A stretch of DNA of 64,000 bases, taken from NCBI GenBank assembly GCA_963924565.1, contig OZ004608.1, forward strand, positions 37,820,001 to 37,884,000, given 5' to 3'. Shown here piece by piece: positions 62,421-64,000 of the stretch (the stretch's first letter is position 1; each line of letters starts with the position of its first letter). A model generated the notes under the pieces. The model did not search any database, was not told the DNA's origin, and worked only from the letters and a program-made list of their open reading frames with translations. The position numbers were made by a program, and so were the translations under genes. Origin of the DNA: Ascidiella aspersa. Taxonomy: Eukaryota.

Positions 62421-64000
62421 GAAAAGCAAAAGATATGAAAAACTACAAGTTTTGACTGTGGTACCGCAATCATGGAGCATTAGGCAAACTCAACAGGAAT
62501 TTGATGCACCAAATTATATGGTGCGCAAAGCCAAAGAGTTGTTCAACAAAAAGGGAATTTTATCCACTCCAAACCCCAAACCTGGTAAGCCACTAATACA
62601 ATCTACAGTTGATCTTGTAAAGGAATTTTATTTGAGTGATGAAATTAGCAGACAAATGCCTGGGATAAAAGATGTTGTTTCAGTGGTAGTGGATGGAGAA
62701 AGAAAATCACTTGGAAAACGACTAATTTTATGCACAATAAACGAGGCACATCGTAAATTTAAAACTGACAATCCTAGTATTAAAGTTGGAATTTCAAAGT
62801 TTACAGAATTAAGGCCAAAGCAAGTGGTACTACCCGGATCTAGTGGAACACATAATATTTGTGTATGCACCATTCATGAAAATGTTAAGCTGATGATTGA
62901 AGGCGGACGTTTATGGAAAATATTTGGAAGTGATAAACAACAAACCTGCATATACAAAGATTTTTTGTGTATAATTACTTGTAATCCTTCAACAACAAAC
63001 TGCCACCTCAATAAATGCCAACATTGTAAAACAAATATTGTGAAACTAGAAGAAACTCTTAAGAAATATTTTGAAGATGAAGGAATTGATCAAATAACGT
63101 ACAAATTGTGGTTGACAGTGGACCGAACAACATTAGAAACAGTAATTAAAAAATCAGATGACTTTGTCACAACATATTTGGAAAAACTAGAAAAGCTTTT
63201 GCAACATGATTTCATCGCCAAACAACAATCACTTTATTTGAAAAAATTAAAAGAAAGTGAATTATCTGAAACCGCAATAATAATTGCAGACTTTGCAGAA
63301 AATTATTCTTTTATTCTCCAAGATGCTGTTCAAGGCTTTCATTGGACTAATTCACAGGCAACAATCCACCCATTTGTAGTTTATCACAAATTTGAAACAG
63401 AAGCAGAAAAAACACCCCACCTTAAACATGAAAACTTCGTAATTGTGTCAGACACCCTTAGACATGACACTAATACAGTTCATTGCTTTCAGCGAAAAGT
63501 CTTAGACTTTCTTAAAAAAAAATTTCCATTGTTAAAAAAAGTAGTGTACTTCACAGATGGTGCTGCTGGACAATATAAAAACAGAAAAAACTTTTTAAAT
63601 TTAATGTGTCACAAACAAGACTTTGATTTATACGCTGAATGGCATTTTTTTGCAACTTCACATGGCAAAGGACCATGTGACGGGTTGGGTGGGACTGTGA
63701 AAAGATTGGCTGCCCGGGCAAGTCTGCAGAAAATTGGAGAACAACGTATACAAACCTCAAAAGAGCTATATAATTGGGCCACAACAAATATCACAAATAT
63801 TAACTTTTCATTTGTATTGGAAAAAGAAGTAGAAGAAGAATGTGCATTGCTTAAGAAAAGATTCGAATCAGCCATTCCAATTCGTGGAACCCATAAGTAC
63901 CACTGCTTTATTCCAGAGGAATCTTGTCAGACTCACATCAAGGTTTCTGAATTTTCTGCATCATTGGATTATCAGAAGGTCCTGGTTTGTGACATTCCCT
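62389..64000 (+). mobile_element. Sola2-type DDD transposase, main ORF (>535 codons, open to the window end; missing from the ORF track)
   Basis: Hand-translated without a stop from 62389: MKQLKEKF..SWSIRQ..EF..SRQMPGIKD..KFTELRPKQV..CVCTIHEN..ADFAENYSF..QGFHW..YFTDGAAGQYKNRKNF..WHFFATSHGKGPCDGLGGTVKR. The three candidate catalytic Asp motifs are intact. The element's left end is probably near 61000 but was not resolved. Confidence 0.85.

Noticed and set aside
62089-63875. Minus-strand ORFs 62089, 62628, 63551, 63609
   Set aside because: Antisense shadows of the plus-strand transposase.

Overview
AT-rich, intron-containing animal genomic DNA (invertebrate-like; an ascidian is plausible but I cannot determine the species). 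Left 40 kb: a minus-strand tandem array of six 12-exon BTB-BACK-Kelch (kelch-like) gene copies, here called A-F from left to right. B (3591-9351, 535 aa) and F (35273-40235, 536 aa) splice into intact ORFs. A runs off the left edge. C, D and E are pseudogenes. The array reads as a ~22 kb tandem duplication (C-B-A / F-E-D) with a visible junction at ~16262, overlaid by exon-scale gene conversion, a cryptic duplicate first exon and many hAT-type MITEs. Right 24 kb: degraded transposons. These comprise nested hAT MITEs, Ty3/Gypsy RT and 3'-end remnants, and scrambled Helentron (Helitron2)-like pieces (HUH Rep, APE endonuclease, SGNH hydrolase) that are repeatedly linked to antisense histone H2B fragments. 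The window ends in a nearly intact Sola2-type transposase whose N-terminal Cys/His domain resembles vertebrate ARL14EP. All exon, frame and identity statements come from manual reading; no database search was run.
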